Shown piece by piece: positions 38,700-47,840 of a stretch of 55,254 nucleotides of DNA. The notes beneath the pieces are model-generated. The model saw nothing but the letters and a program-made list of their open reading frames with translations, was not told the DNA's origin and made no database searches. Position numbers and translations under genes: made by a program. The DNA is from Anaerolineae bacterium (lineage in GTDB: Bacteria; Chloroflexota; Anaerolineae; Anaerolineales; Villigracilaceae), in NCBI GenBank assembly GCA_041487615.1, contig JBGPNQ010000001.1, positions 1 to 55,254 of the forward strand, in the 5' to 3' direction. Position 1 is the first letter of the stretch; every line of letters starts with the position of its first letter.

Positions 38700-39710
38700 C
38701 TAAAACGGTTCCGTCGATTTCACAACATTCATCCCTGCTTTTGCAAATCGCTCGTAGGCGGCATCGGCCGCATCGGTATGGTCCACCACACCGGGGACAA
38801 CCACGGGCGAGGTGCAGTCTTCGAGCAAATAAATTTTCTTCGCAAGCTCAGGATCGGTAGCGGCAATATCTTCGAGAAGGTCGGAGACCGTCCATGCGAC
38901 GCAATGGCTCTTGGCCTGCCCGGCAATGATCAACTTATCATATTGTCGCAACTGTTCGATGAATTTCAGGTTGTGAGTTCCCAACGTTTCGCCCATGGGG
39001 CCGGTCAGTACTTCGGGACCGATGACAGAATAATTTTCCGTAAAAGGCTTGTCGCCTTTGATCTCGATGGCAGGTTGAGAAACCCTTGCGACTGAATGAA
39101 AGAAAATTGCTTCTTCCACTGCAGATACCAGGGCATGCCCGATCCCACCGAGCATGGCATGATAGGGCCAGATGGTCAGTGCGTATTTACTTTTCTTTTC
39201 CAGCTCCTCTGCATAGTGGATCATCATCTGCTGCCCGTATTCAGGAGCAATAGCAAAAGGGTCGGCGAGCGCGGGGTTGAATGTCCATTTTTCATCACGA
39301 AGTTCAACTGCATGAATATCGGTATAAGGAGCGGGATGATTTCCATCCTTATCAACGAAGAAAATCGCGTGGAAAACCTGCATTGTCTTGTGAGTATCCA
39401 TCGTGGCAGTGATGTGAGTAATGCTTCCCAGGTTACGATACACGAATTCACAGAGACGAATATTATCATCCACAGCGCCCCGTCCGCTGCGCCCACCGAC
39501 ATAGAGCTCATATTCGGGGATGCAGAATGTATTCTGCACGTCGATCAGCATCAGCCAGGTTTTGGTCGAATCAACGGAGGCAGGCTCCAGCTTGTGGACA
39601 GCCGCCCAATCTCGTGCCTGTTTCGCGCGTTCCTCATAGGGAATCCGCCAGACGGAGGCGACGGTTTTCGAGTCAAAAAAATTAGGTATGGGCAAAAGGG
39701 AATTTGTCAT
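38700..39710 (-). CDS. Nicotinamidase / isochorismatase-family cysteine hydrolase
   Basis: IDVQNTF, TMDTH, WPYH, KG..ENYS, AGQAKSHCV. Confidence 0.82.
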   Translation of the reverse strand: MTNSLLPIPNFFDSKTVASVWRIPYEERAKQARDWAAVHKLEPASVDSTKTWLMLIDVQNTFCIPEYELYVGGRSGRGAVDDNIRLCEFVYRNLGSITHITATMDTHKTMQVFHAIFFVDKDGNHPAPYTDIHAVELRDEKWTFNPALADPFAIAPEYGQQMMIHYAEELEKKSKYALTIWPYHAMLGGIGHALVSAVEEAIFFHSVARVSQPAIEIKGDKPFTENYSVIGPEVLTGPMGETLGTHNLKFIEQLRQYDKLIIAGQAKSHCVAWTVSDLLEDIAATDPELAKKIYLLEDCTSPVVVPGVVDHTDAADAAYERFAKAGMNVVKSTEPF

Positions 39711-39748
39711 TTTATTTCCATTTTGTTTTTTGAAGGAGGGTTAATTTT

Positions 39749-39821
39749 ATTGTAGTGATACCGATATTTCTGTCAAGTGTAACACCCTGTGGTTGACTTT
39801 TTAGACTGAAACCTTTACACT
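39749..39821. promoter_or_regulatory. Divergent sigma-70 promoters
   Basis: Minus strand TTGACA-N16-TACAAT (39776..39749); plus strand TTGACT-N17-TACACT (39793..39821). Confidence 0.6.
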
Positions 39822-39929
39822 ACGAAGAGCGTCATAAATTATTGAAGGGATATTGATTTTGCCCGTCAGGTTCGATAATTTGTGCCTAGCCAGCACGCTA
39901 AATCAGATGCACTTTTTGAAGGAGAAGTT

Positions 39930-40520
39930 ATGGCGTCACAGTATCAGCTTATCATGCGCTCAGGTCCTACACCCGGCGCGGCGTTCACTTTGGAAGGCGA
40001 CCAGATCACGATTGGGCGGGATTCCACCAACGAGATCACGATCAACGATGCTGAGATCTCACGAAGGCACGCACGGCTGACATTCCAGGGAGGAAAGTAC
40101 GTTCTGGAGGACCTCGGCTCCACCAACGGGACGTTTGTCAATGGGCAGCGCCTGGCGGGACCTCGAGTGTTGAAGGCCGGTGAAGTGGTTTCCTTCGGCG
40201 AGCAGATCATTCTGGTCTTCGAAGTAATGAACTTCAACCCGGATGCGACAGTGGTTTCGCCGAGAGCCGCTGCAGTGCCTTCCGCATCCAGGCCTGTGGC
40301 GCCTCCCCCGCCTCCGCCGGCTGAGTACGCCGGAAACGTCCCCGCCGGCCCTGTCCAACAACCAGCAGCAACACCTGCAGCCAGAGGCACCAATCCCTTG
40401 CCCATCGTAATTGCTGTGGCAGCCCTGTTAGCCCTGTGCATGTGCGGAGTCTTCTTCTGGTGGGTTGACGCGACCTATCGTTGGTGCACGTTCTTCCCGT
40501 TCATTTCGGGTTGCCCGTAA
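39930..40520 (+). CDS. FHA domain protein with Pro-rich linker and C-terminal TM
   Basis: IGRD, ISRRHA, DLGSTNGTFVNG; SD AAGGAG. Confidence 0.9.
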   Translation: MASQYQLIMRSGPTPGAAFTLEGDQITIGRDSTNEITINDAEISRRHARLTFQGGKYVLEDLGSTNGTFVNGQRLAGPRVLKAGEVVSFGEQIILVFEVMNFNPDATVVSPRAAAVPSASRPVAPPPPPPAEYAGNVPAGPVQQPAATPAARGTNPLPIVIAVAALLALCMCGVFFWWVDATYRWCTFFPFISGCP

Positions 40521-40537
40521 GATCAAGATAGCACGCT

Positions 40538-40570
40538 GCCCTGCGAGCAAAAACTCGTGGGGCTTTTTTT
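40538..40570 (+). terminator. Rho-independent terminator
   Basis: GCCCTGCGAG-loop-CTCGTGGGGC followed by a T-run. Confidence 0.75.
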
Positions 40571-40716
40571 GTTACAAGGAGGGCACGAGACCCCAAACTG
40601 CAATTATCAACTTTATCCAGCCTGGGTTCCCAAAAATTTGATGACGAACGAGACCAGCGATAAGCGTTGAAAAAGCGCCGTCTCTTGATAGAATAGAGAT
40701 ATACGGAGAGTTTCCA

Positions 40717-41967
40717 ATGGAAGAAAATAGCACATCCTCCCCGCGCTGGGGATCGACAACCAAACTGCTCGTGGGACTCGTCATCGTCGGCATTATCGCG
40801 TTTTTGATTTATCGCTTTTCAAGCCTCATCCCACCGCTTTTGATGATCTTCATCATCGCGTACCTGTTCCATCCATTGACCGCGCTGATCTCAAATGGGC
40901 TGCGCGTCTCATGGAAGGCAGCGGTCAATATCATGTACCTGATCATCCTTTTACTTTTTTTCGGGCTGCTTACCGTTGGCGGCATTGGGCTGGCGCAACA
41001 AGTACAAAGCCTGATCAGTCAGGTGCAGACAATAATCTCCGACCTGCCCACCCTGCTGGAAAATCTGTCAGGACAGGTGTTTAAATTCGGTCCACTTGTC
41101 CTGGATATGCGGACAATCGAGCTGCAATCTCTTACCCAGCAAGTGTTATCCTTTGTCCAGCCACTGCTTGGGCGTACGGGGAATATTGTCGGAGCGGTTG
41201 CGGGCGGCGCAGCGGAAATTTTCGGCTGGACATTCTTTGTGTTGATCGTATCTTACTTCGTGATGAGCGAAAGCAATGGGCTGAGAAGCAACCTGATCAA
41301 GATCGACCTGCCCGGATATTCAGAGGATGTTCGCAGACTCGGCATTGAATTGGGCCGAATTTGGAATGCGTTCCTGCGCGGGCAAATTTTCATTTTTCTT
41401 CTGACCTTTGTGATGTATGTGATCCTGCTTTCGATCCTGGGGGTGAAATATGCACTGGGTTTGGCGCTAATGGCAGGGTTGGCCAAATTCCTTCCGTATA
41501 TCGGTCCCGCCATCACCTGGATCGTGATGGCATTGGTCACATTCTTTCAGGCAAGCAAACCGTTCAACCTGGAAGCACAACCCTTGATCTACACAATCAT
41601 CGTGGTGGTCATCTCGCTGTTCGTAGACCAGGTCATCGACAGTCTGATAACGCCGCGTATCCTGGCACGGACTTTGCGGGTACATCCCGCCGCAGTATTA
41701 GTGACGGCGTTGATTGCGGCGAATCTGCTCGGAATCCTGGGCGTCGTCATCGCAGCACCATCACTCGCATCCGTTACACTGCTGGGGCGTTACACCATAC
41801 GCAAAATGTTCGATCAGGATCCCTTCCCCGCCTGGGAATCACAGCCACACCCACCGGTTGGCAGCGAATGGATGGCACGACTCAAACAGCTGCGTCAGTT
41901 ACTCTTCAGACGTCGTGGAAAAAGTATTATTTCCGAAAAGGAGAATCCAAATGAACAACAACAATAG
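40717..41967 (+). CDS. AI-2E family transporter
   Basis: AYLFHP, FLRGQ, LPYIGP, TPRILARTLRVHP, GILGVVIAAP. Confidence 0.88.
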   Translation: MEENSTSSPRWGSTTKLLVGLVIVGIIAFLIYRFSSLIPPLLMIFIIAYLFHPLTALISNGLRVSWKAAVNIMYLIILLLFFGLLTVGGIGLAQQVQSLISQVQTIISDLPTLLENLSGQVFKFGPLVLDMRTIELQSLTQQVLSFVQPLLGRTGNIVGAVAGGAAEIFGWTFFVLIVSYFVMSESNGLRSNLIKIDLPGYSEDVRRLGIELGRIWNAFLRGQIFIFLLTFVMYVILLSILGVKYALGLALMAGLAKFLPYIGPAITWIVMALVTFFQASKPFNLEAQPLIYTIIVVVISLFVDQVIDSLITPRILARTLRVHPAAVLVTALIAANLLGILGVVIAAPSLASVTLLGRYTIRKMFDQDPFPAWESQPHPPVGSEWMARLKQLRQLLFRRRGKSIISEKENPNEQQQ

Positions 41968-42133
41968 CGAACCACACACCGAAACCATGGCCGAGACCGA
42001 CAACTTCCTGGCATGGAAGGCGGAAGAACCCGATGGGGAAACGACCTACCACATCGAACTCAACAATGTCACCGTGCATTTCTTTGAGGAGGAGTGGAAC
42101 GAATTTATACAACTGGTCCGCAATTTAAAATAA
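41951..42133 (+). CDS. Small acidic hypothetical protein (60 aa)
   Basis: SD AAGGAG; MNNNNSEPHTETMAETDNFLAWKAEEPDGETTYHIELNNVTVHFFEEEWNEF. Confidence 0.75.
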   Translation: MNNNNSEPHTETMAETDNFLAWKAEEPDGETTYHIELNNVTVHFFEEEWNEFIQLVRNLK

Positions 42134-42279
42134 ACCTGATGGCAAAGACTACGGAGATTCTCGCAGATCCCTGTGGTCTTTTACAGAGTGCCGCATAATT
42201 AGGCAAACGTGCGATTTGAATTTCAGCTTACAAAACCACTTAAAAAGTTTACCTATTTACGAGATAAGCGGTAGGAAAA

Positions 42280-43305
42280 ATGAAGAATCAAAATACGATT
42301 ACCGATGTGCCCGGCATTGAGGTGGGACATGCCCAGGACCACAAGGCATTAACCGGCTGCACTGTAATCCTATGCCGTAAGGGCGCGGTGGCAGGCGTGG
42401 ATGTGCGCGGCGGCGCGCCCGGCACGCGTGAAACCGATCTTCTCAACCCAATCAACCTCGTTCAAAAAGTTCATGCAATTGTATTGGCAGGCGGCTCCGC
42501 GTTTGGGCTGGACGCGGCAACAGGTGTCATGCATTACCTTGAAGAAAAGAAGATTGGATTCAGCGGCGGTAGTGTAAAAGTCCCAATCGTCCCCTCCGCT
42601 ATTCTCTATGACTTGGGCCTCGGTCGCGCGGATATCCGGCCGGATTCCGCCATGGGATATCGCGCCGTGGCTTCGGCTTCATCGGATGCGCAAGGCGAAG
42701 GGAACGTTGGGGCGGGAACGGGCGCATCCATTGGAAAGATGTTTGGTCCAGCGCTGGCCATGAAAGCGGGATTGGGAAACGCAAGTATGAATATCGGCGG
42801 CGGAGTCGTCCTGGGCGCGCTGGTAGCGGTCAACGCCTGGGGCGATGTAATTGACCCGGGAACGAATCAAATCCTCGCGGGCCTGCGAGCCGGGAAGGTC
42901 GGTCCGTTGCGTGTGGGGAACAGGGAATATTTTGCAAATACAATCGCCATGATGAAGAGCCCAATTGGGCGCCGAATGCTGGCTCTTGCCTCACACACGA
43001 ACACGGTCATCGGCGTTGTAGCAACAAATGCATCGCTTACAAAAGCGGAGGCGACCAAGGTCGCGCAGATGGCACAGGATGGACTGGCACGCTCCATTCG
43101 CCCCGCGCATACCATGTTGGATGGCGACACGATTTTCGCGTTATCGACCGGCAGAAAGAAGGCAGATGTTTCAACAGTCGGCGCGTTTGCGGCGCAGGCG
43201 ATGACAGAAGCCATTCTCCGTGCGGTGAAGATGGCGGCCTCGGCGGGTGGATTACCTGGACTAAAAAACATGTCACTCCTCCGAGAGAGCATCGGGGCGA
43301 TGTGA
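42280..43305 (+). CDS. P1/S58 (DmpA-like) peptidase
   Basis: ITDVPGIEVGHA, GGAPGTRET, GGSAFGL, NTVIGVVATN, PAHTMLDGDTIF. Confidence 0.9.
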   Translation: MKNQNTITDVPGIEVGHAQDHKALTGCTVILCRKGAVAGVDVRGGAPGTRETDLLNPINLVQKVHAIVLAGGSAFGLDAATGVMHYLEEKKIGFSGGSVKVPIVPSAILYDLGLGRADIRPDSAMGYRAVASASSDAQGEGNVGAGTGASIGKMFGPALAMKAGLGNASMNIGGGVVLGALVAVNAWGDVIDPGTNQILAGLRAGKVGPLRVGNREYFANTIAMMKSPIGRRMLALASHTNTVIGVVATNASLTKAEATKVAQMAQDGLARSIRPAHTMLDGDTIFALSTGRKKADVSTVGAFAAQAMTEAILRAVKMAASAGGLPGLKNMSLLRESIGAM

Positions 43306-43407
43306 GGGAGCGTTTGTAGCGACCGGAGAGTCTATTTAACAGTGCCAGAGATGCTTCGCGGAGTTTATCCTGACTGGCGAAGCCGTGTCGAAGGGCTCAG
43401 CATGACA
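43271..43407. repeat. TGTCA...TGACA family palindromic repeat
   Basis: Right arm GAGATGCTTCG...GCTCAGCATGACA; the left part encodes the peptidase C-terminus. Confidence 0.65.
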
Positions 43408-43418
43408 TTACAAAATAA

Positions 43419-43451
43419 AGAGAGGATGATCCATTTCAGATCATCCTCTCT
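43419..43451. terminator. Hairpin terminator between convergent genes
   Basis: AGAGAGGATGATC-loop-GATCATCCTCTCT. Confidence 0.75.
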
Positions 43452-43491
43452 TCACTCTTTACATTCTTTACATCTCACGTCGTACTGACCA

Positions 43492-43872
43492 CTACCTGCC
43501 CTTCAACTCATCCTTCAAGATCAGAGTCATCACCACGCTGACAACACTGACTACGAGTCCGCCCAGGAACGCATTCCACCAGACAGGTTCAGCGATGAGC
43601 AGGGCAAGTCCAAAGGATTGACCGATGACGCTTGTCAGCCAGAACAGGAAGGTGTTGATCACCAGCGTGAATAGTCCCAGGGTCAACATGATGAGCGGAC
43701 AGGTCAGGAACCTGAGCAACGGCCGGAACAGGGCATTCACAAAGCCAAAGATGAGCGCAAGCCAGATGATGGAAACAAATCCGCTTTGCAGGTTAATGCG
43801 GCCCGGCAGGATCAATATTGCCAGATATAGTGCCACTGCATTGATTACCCAACGAAGAACAAATCTTGTCAT
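43492..43872 (-). CDS. YvlD-like 4-TM 'phage holin family' membrane protein
   Basis: ALIFGFVNALFRPLL..LTCPL..LTLGLFTLVIN. Confidence 0.85.
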   Translation of the reverse strand: MTRFVLRWVINAVALYLAILILPGRINLQSGFVSIIWLALIFGFVNALFRPLLRFLTCPLIMLTLGLFTLVINTFLFWLTSVIGQSFGLALLIAEPVWWNAFLGGLVVSVVSVVMTLILKDELKGR

Positions 43873-43956
43873 ATGATTCTCCTCTTTTCTTCTAAGCGAC
43901 AGTCACGTTAACGTGACTGTCAACTCTTAATACGAAAAGATTTCGTTCCAGTTGCA

Positions 43957-44925
43957 TCAAACGCGCATCCATAGCAACGTACGGCGCGCTCGAAAACCGG
44001 CAGCCTGGATCGCCTCTGTCATTTCACCGGCGGGATAATCCAGGGAGAGCGAGGATTGATTGGATAGTGCGCGTCGCACATGGAGCAGAAGCTGGGTGAG
44101 CGCCTGTCCATTCGATATTTCACCTGTTGCAGCATAAAGAGATTCGGACCTGCCCCCCTGCGGCATCCAGGTCAATGTGGCCAGCAACTCATCATTACGT
44201 ACAGCCACCCATTGCTTGATATTGAAATCTAGAAATAGGAGGTAGATCCAATTCCAGAAACCGGGCCGAAGGGCGTTGAAATTCCATGAATGGTACCAGG
44301 TGAGGAGTTCGGGATAGCGGCGTCCCAGCCATTCCTCTTGAAGAGGCCAGAAGCGCGGCTGACGCGCCGCGATCTGGATAGCAGTTCGAGGGATCGAGAT
44401 GAAACGGTCAGGCGTCGCATACCAGGCCGTCCGGCGGGCAACCTCCCGGAAGCCCAATTGTTCGTACAGTTTGATCGCGCCGGGATTGTCCTCGCGGACG
44501 TGCAGCCACACAGCGGAGGCATTTGTGTCTCGGGCCTGGTTCATGGACCGTTCGGTGAGGGCGCGCCCGATCCCGCGGCGACGGTAGTCGGGATGTGTCG
44601 CCACGTTGGCGATGAGATAAACACGTTTGCCGTGATCGCGAAAGGGAATCAGGCTGGAATTGCCGACAATGCGCCCATCCTGCTCCCACACGAAGCCCGC
44701 CATGGGCAGGGAGGCAGTTTCACTCATGTGCGAGGCCCAGCTCAGGAAGCTGTCATCGTGGCTGGCCCGGCGCATATCCGAAAGATAGCGCTGACCGTCG
44801 TTGTCCATCGTCGACGAGAAGCACAGCTCGATCAGGTCGGCAACCGCCGGGAGGTCGCGCAGCACATTCAGCGGCCGGATGGATGGGTGGTCATTGACCT
44901 TCACAGGGATTGTGATGGAACTCAT
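43957..44925 (-). CDS. GNAT family N-acetyltransferase
   Basis: IANVATHPDYRRRGIGRAL, LHVREDNPGAIKLYEQLGF. Confidence 0.9.
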   Translation of the reverse strand: MSSITIPVKVNDHPSIRPLNVLRDLPAVADLIELCFSSTMDNDGQRYLSDMRRASHDDSFLSWASHMSETASLPMAGFVWEQDGRIVGNSSLIPFRDHGKRVYLIANVATHPDYRRRGIGRALTERSMNQARDTNASAVWLHVREDNPGAIKLYEQLGFREVARRTAWYATPDRFISIPRTAIQIAARQPRFWPLQEEWLGRRYPELLTWYHSWNFNALRPGFWNWIYLLFLDFNIKQWVAVRNDELLATLTWMPQGGRSESLYAATGEISNGQALTQLLLHVRRALSNQSSLSLDYPAGEMTEAIQAAGFRARRTLLWMRV

Positions 44926-45084
44926 TAAGGCAAATTATAGCGCGTTGTTTGCGTTTGGAACCAGAAACGAACCTTGTGAAGATTGAATGAGAGTGATTGT
45001 TTGGATGTTTGCAGGCGTATAATCAATAATGGGTGGGCACGTTCTGCTGGTCCTTGTTAATGTTTTTTCGAGAGCGGAGGGAAT

Positions 45085-46080
45085 ATGTTAGCCAGAATGC
45101 AAAACAGTTTGCGCATGATGGGGAAGCAGATCCATGATTTGCGTAGCCCACAGGTGACCGGGCTTTATTCTGGTCAAAGAACTGAGCTAACCTGGGCTAA
45201 AGTTATTGACTCCTATGAGAATGTCCCCGAAATCTATAAGGAATTCTTCAAACCTTATCTTGCGAGTGGACAGGCATTTCCATACACGATCCTCACCCCA
45301 GCCTACGAGACATTTGCTTGCCGGATAACCGGAAAACTTGTCTGCGTTCTTGACCGCGGAATACACATCCTGGAAGGAAATGGAAAAGACCTGCTGGTAC
45401 AGTGTTATCCACTGGAGGGAATTAGTCATGTGGAAGTGAGCAGCATGTTGCTGGATTTCCGCATCAAAATCATCGGCGTGACAAGTGAGGGAATTCCAAC
45501 ATCATCAATTTTCAGATGCAGCAGCGTGACTGATTATCTGTTTACGCCCATACTAGGAAACATCCGGCTTCACGCAGTTCCACCAAAAGATGCAGCCCAG
45601 CCTCCTGACCTGGAGATGTTCGATGGTTGGGTCGATTTGAATTACAAGTTTATGAACCTGGCGAGGCATAGCTTATTGGGAGAGGAAAAAGTCATTTGTG
45701 CTATATTACAACCCGAGATCCGTGCAAGCCGATTTAGAATTCTGGGCAGAACATTCTATAAGACGATCTCTCCCACTCATGTATGCATATTGACCGACCG
45801 GGAACTGATCATGATCCGGGAGGAGCTGCTGCAAGGCCGGGATGATAAATATGGTGGCATATGGGAGTATGTCCCCTTGCAAAAAGTTGAAGCCCTGTCT
45901 GTACGTGTGAAAAATGATGACCTGCTGGCGCTTTCCGTCCAGCTGGTCACAAATGAACAGTTTGAACGTCTATTTCAAGCTTCCATGAAGAATGAGGTCG
46001 CACAATTAAGGGTTCAGTTTGACGAGTTGCATCGTCAGGTTTCTTCTACCTATGGCCGGATTATTGCGAAGATTTCATAA
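45085..46080 (+). CDS. Hypothetical protein, possibly two PH-like repeats
   Basis: 331-aa ORF with SD GGAGG; internal similarity LVCVLDRGIHILE..YPLEGISHVEV vs VCILTDRELIMIRE..VPLQKVEALSV. Confidence 0.65.
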   Translation: MLARMQNSLRMMGKQIHDLRSPQVTGLYSGQRTELTWAKVIDSYENVPEIYKEFFKPYLASGQAFPYTILTPAYETFACRITGKLVCVLDRGIHILEGNGKDLLVQCYPLEGISHVEVSSMLLDFRIKIIGVTSEGIPTSSIFRCSSVTDYLFTPILGNIRLHAVPPKDAAQPPDLEMFDGWVDLNYKFMNLARHSLLGEEKVICAILQPEIRASRFRILGRTFYKTISPTHVCILTDRELIMIREELLQGRDDKYGGIWEYVPLQKVEALSVRVKNDDLLALSVQLVTNEQFERLFQASMKNEVAQLRVQFDELHRQVSSTYGRIIAKIS

Positions 46081-46088
46081 AGGATATA

Positions 46089-46490
46089 ATGCAGATACAA
46101 CGATCGCCGGGTGGCTCACTATTCCCCTATTATTATAAGAACGGCGAACTGTTTTGCCTGCATTTCGGAAGCTACTTCTCGGATGAAGAAGGGGTTATTG
46201 CCATGATGCAGGCGGAAAAGTCCTTTTTCACGAAAGAACATCGGCAGATGGGCATTTGGATTGACCTGTATGAAACCAAACTAACGGATCGGGTTATACG
46301 CGAACTGATCGAAATGCTGAGCCATATCGCTTATCAAACCTCAAAACTGGGAATCGTGGGATGCTCCATGTTAGCTCGCTGGAAAATAAACAGACTCATT
46401 AAGAAAACAGCTCAACTTTCCTCCCTGCCGGTAAAGTACTTTGACGATCCTGAAGTTGCAAAGACATGGTTGATCAGCGAATTTGAATAG
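46089..46490 (+). CDS. STAS/SpoIIAA-like hypothetical protein
   Basis: IWIDLYET...KLGIVG...VKYFDDPEVAKTWL ending. Confidence 0.6.
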   Translation: MQIQRSPGGSLFPYYYKNGELFCLHFGSYFSDEEGVIAMMQAEKSFFTKEHRQMGIWIDLYETKLTDRVIRELIEMLSHIAYQTSKLGIVGCSMLARWKINRLIKKTAQLSSLPVKYFDDPEVAKTWLISEFE

Positions 46491-46561
46491 TGACTCTGCC
46501 TTATTTGCCACGCCATAGAATATAGTCTGGGTATTCCTTTGATAAAAAGCCGTAGGAGTCT

Positions 46562-47734
46562 GTGAAAAACAAAGCGCTGATTACAATCCTGCTTGCGGCA
46601 ATGATTCCCGCTTCCTGCACTCCGGCGGCGACATCGGTTCCGTTAATGATTCCGTCTACTCCAACTCTTACATTCATTCCAACAGCCACAATCTCCATTC
46701 TTCCAACGCGGCCTGCGCATACACAAAGTGGCATGTTAATTAAACCGTATCAAGATGTAAGGTTCCAAAATATATTAAACCTCAATAGAAGTCTCGGCGA
46801 ATCACTGATTGAAACGTGGTGGTTCAATGAAGCGACAATATGGTCCAGGGAGGATAAGCCGGTAGCGCAAAACATCCTCAAGCTGGGGATGAATCCCGGG
46901 CTTGGCATTCGCGAGTTACATGCAGCAGGTATCACGGGTAAGGGTATCACTGTCGCAATTATCGATCAGCCAATGGTTTTGGATCACCCCGAATTTGAGG
47001 GCAAGGTTATCAACTATTATGATGCCGGAACAGAGCTGCCGGCAGGCACGGTCAGTATGCATGGACCTGCGGTCACCAGTTTGTTGGTCGGTGAAAATAT
47101 TGGCACGGCTCCTGACGCAAGTGTTTACTTTGTGGCAGTGCCTTCTTGGCTATTCGATGCCCAATATTATGCTGACGCTCTCGATTGGATCGTTGCCAGG
47201 AATGAAAAGCTGCCTGAGGCAAGCAAAATCCGTGCGGTCTCTGTATCCGCGATACCATCTGGAATTTGGTCTGAATATACGAAGAATAATGATGCCTGGG
47301 ATGCCGCCTACAAACGGGCAACGGAGGCCGGTATTCTTGTCCTGGACTGTACCTATGAGCAGGGCATCACTGTCCCATGTACCTATGACCCGCACGATCC
47401 TGACAACGTCGCGAAATGTGTCCCAAACTGGACGGGTCCTGTGAATCCTCCACACAAGCGGATCAATATTCCCACATCCAGGACTTCTGCGACCGAAGAT
47501 GACGGCGATGGGCAAGTTCATTTCTCGTACCAGTTTTCTGGAGATGGCGGACTCAGTTGGTCCACACCTTACCTAACAGGCGTGCTGGCGATGGGCTGGC
47601 AGGTAAATCCGGACCTGACAAGCTCTCAAATTCTGGATATGTTGTATGCGTCTGCTTATATTACCGAGAATAAGATGAAGGTTATCAACCCCAAAGCTTT
47701 CATTGACCTGGTTAAACGCACCATCCATGAATAA
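46562..47734 (+). CDS. S8 (subtilisin-like) serine peptidase, probable lipoprotein
   Basis: GKGITVAIID, MHGPAVTS, GGLSWSTPY triad motifs; PASC lipobox-like. Confidence 0.85.
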   Translation: MKNKALITILLAAMIPASCTPAATSVPLMIPSTPTLTFIPTATISILPTRPAHTQSGMLIKPYQDVRFQNILNLNRSLGESLIETWWFNEATIWSREDKPVAQNILKLGMNPGLGIRELHAAGITGKGITVAIIDQPMVLDHPEFEGKVINYYDAGTELPAGTVSMHGPAVTSLLVGENIGTAPDASVYFVAVPSWLFDAQYYADALDWIVARNEKLPEASKIRAVSVSAIPSGIWSEYTKNNDAWDAAYKRATEAGILVLDCTYEQGITVPCTYDPHDPDNVAKCVPNWTGPVNPPHKRINIPTSRTSATEDDGDGQVHFSYQFSGDGGLSWSTPYLTGVLAMGWQVNPDLTSSQILDMLYASAYITENKMKVINPKAFIDLVKRTIHE

Positions 47735-47840
47735 GCCAGGCGCAGCCTGGAGTAATTATCGAAGCGGTTTTCAAATGATATATCTGTAAGTTCATAAAAA
47801 ACAACTTTACTCAACCCACTTATTGATAGGAGATTGTCTG

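Noticed and set aside
39747-39768. Possible NrtR operator upstream of the nicotinamidase
   Set aside because: Only weak dyad symmetry; better explained as the -10 and spacer of a sigma-70 promoter.
43492-43872. Holin as evidence of a prophage
   Set aside because: YvlD-like 4-TM proteins are common chromosomal genes; no endolysin or other phage genes are nearby.
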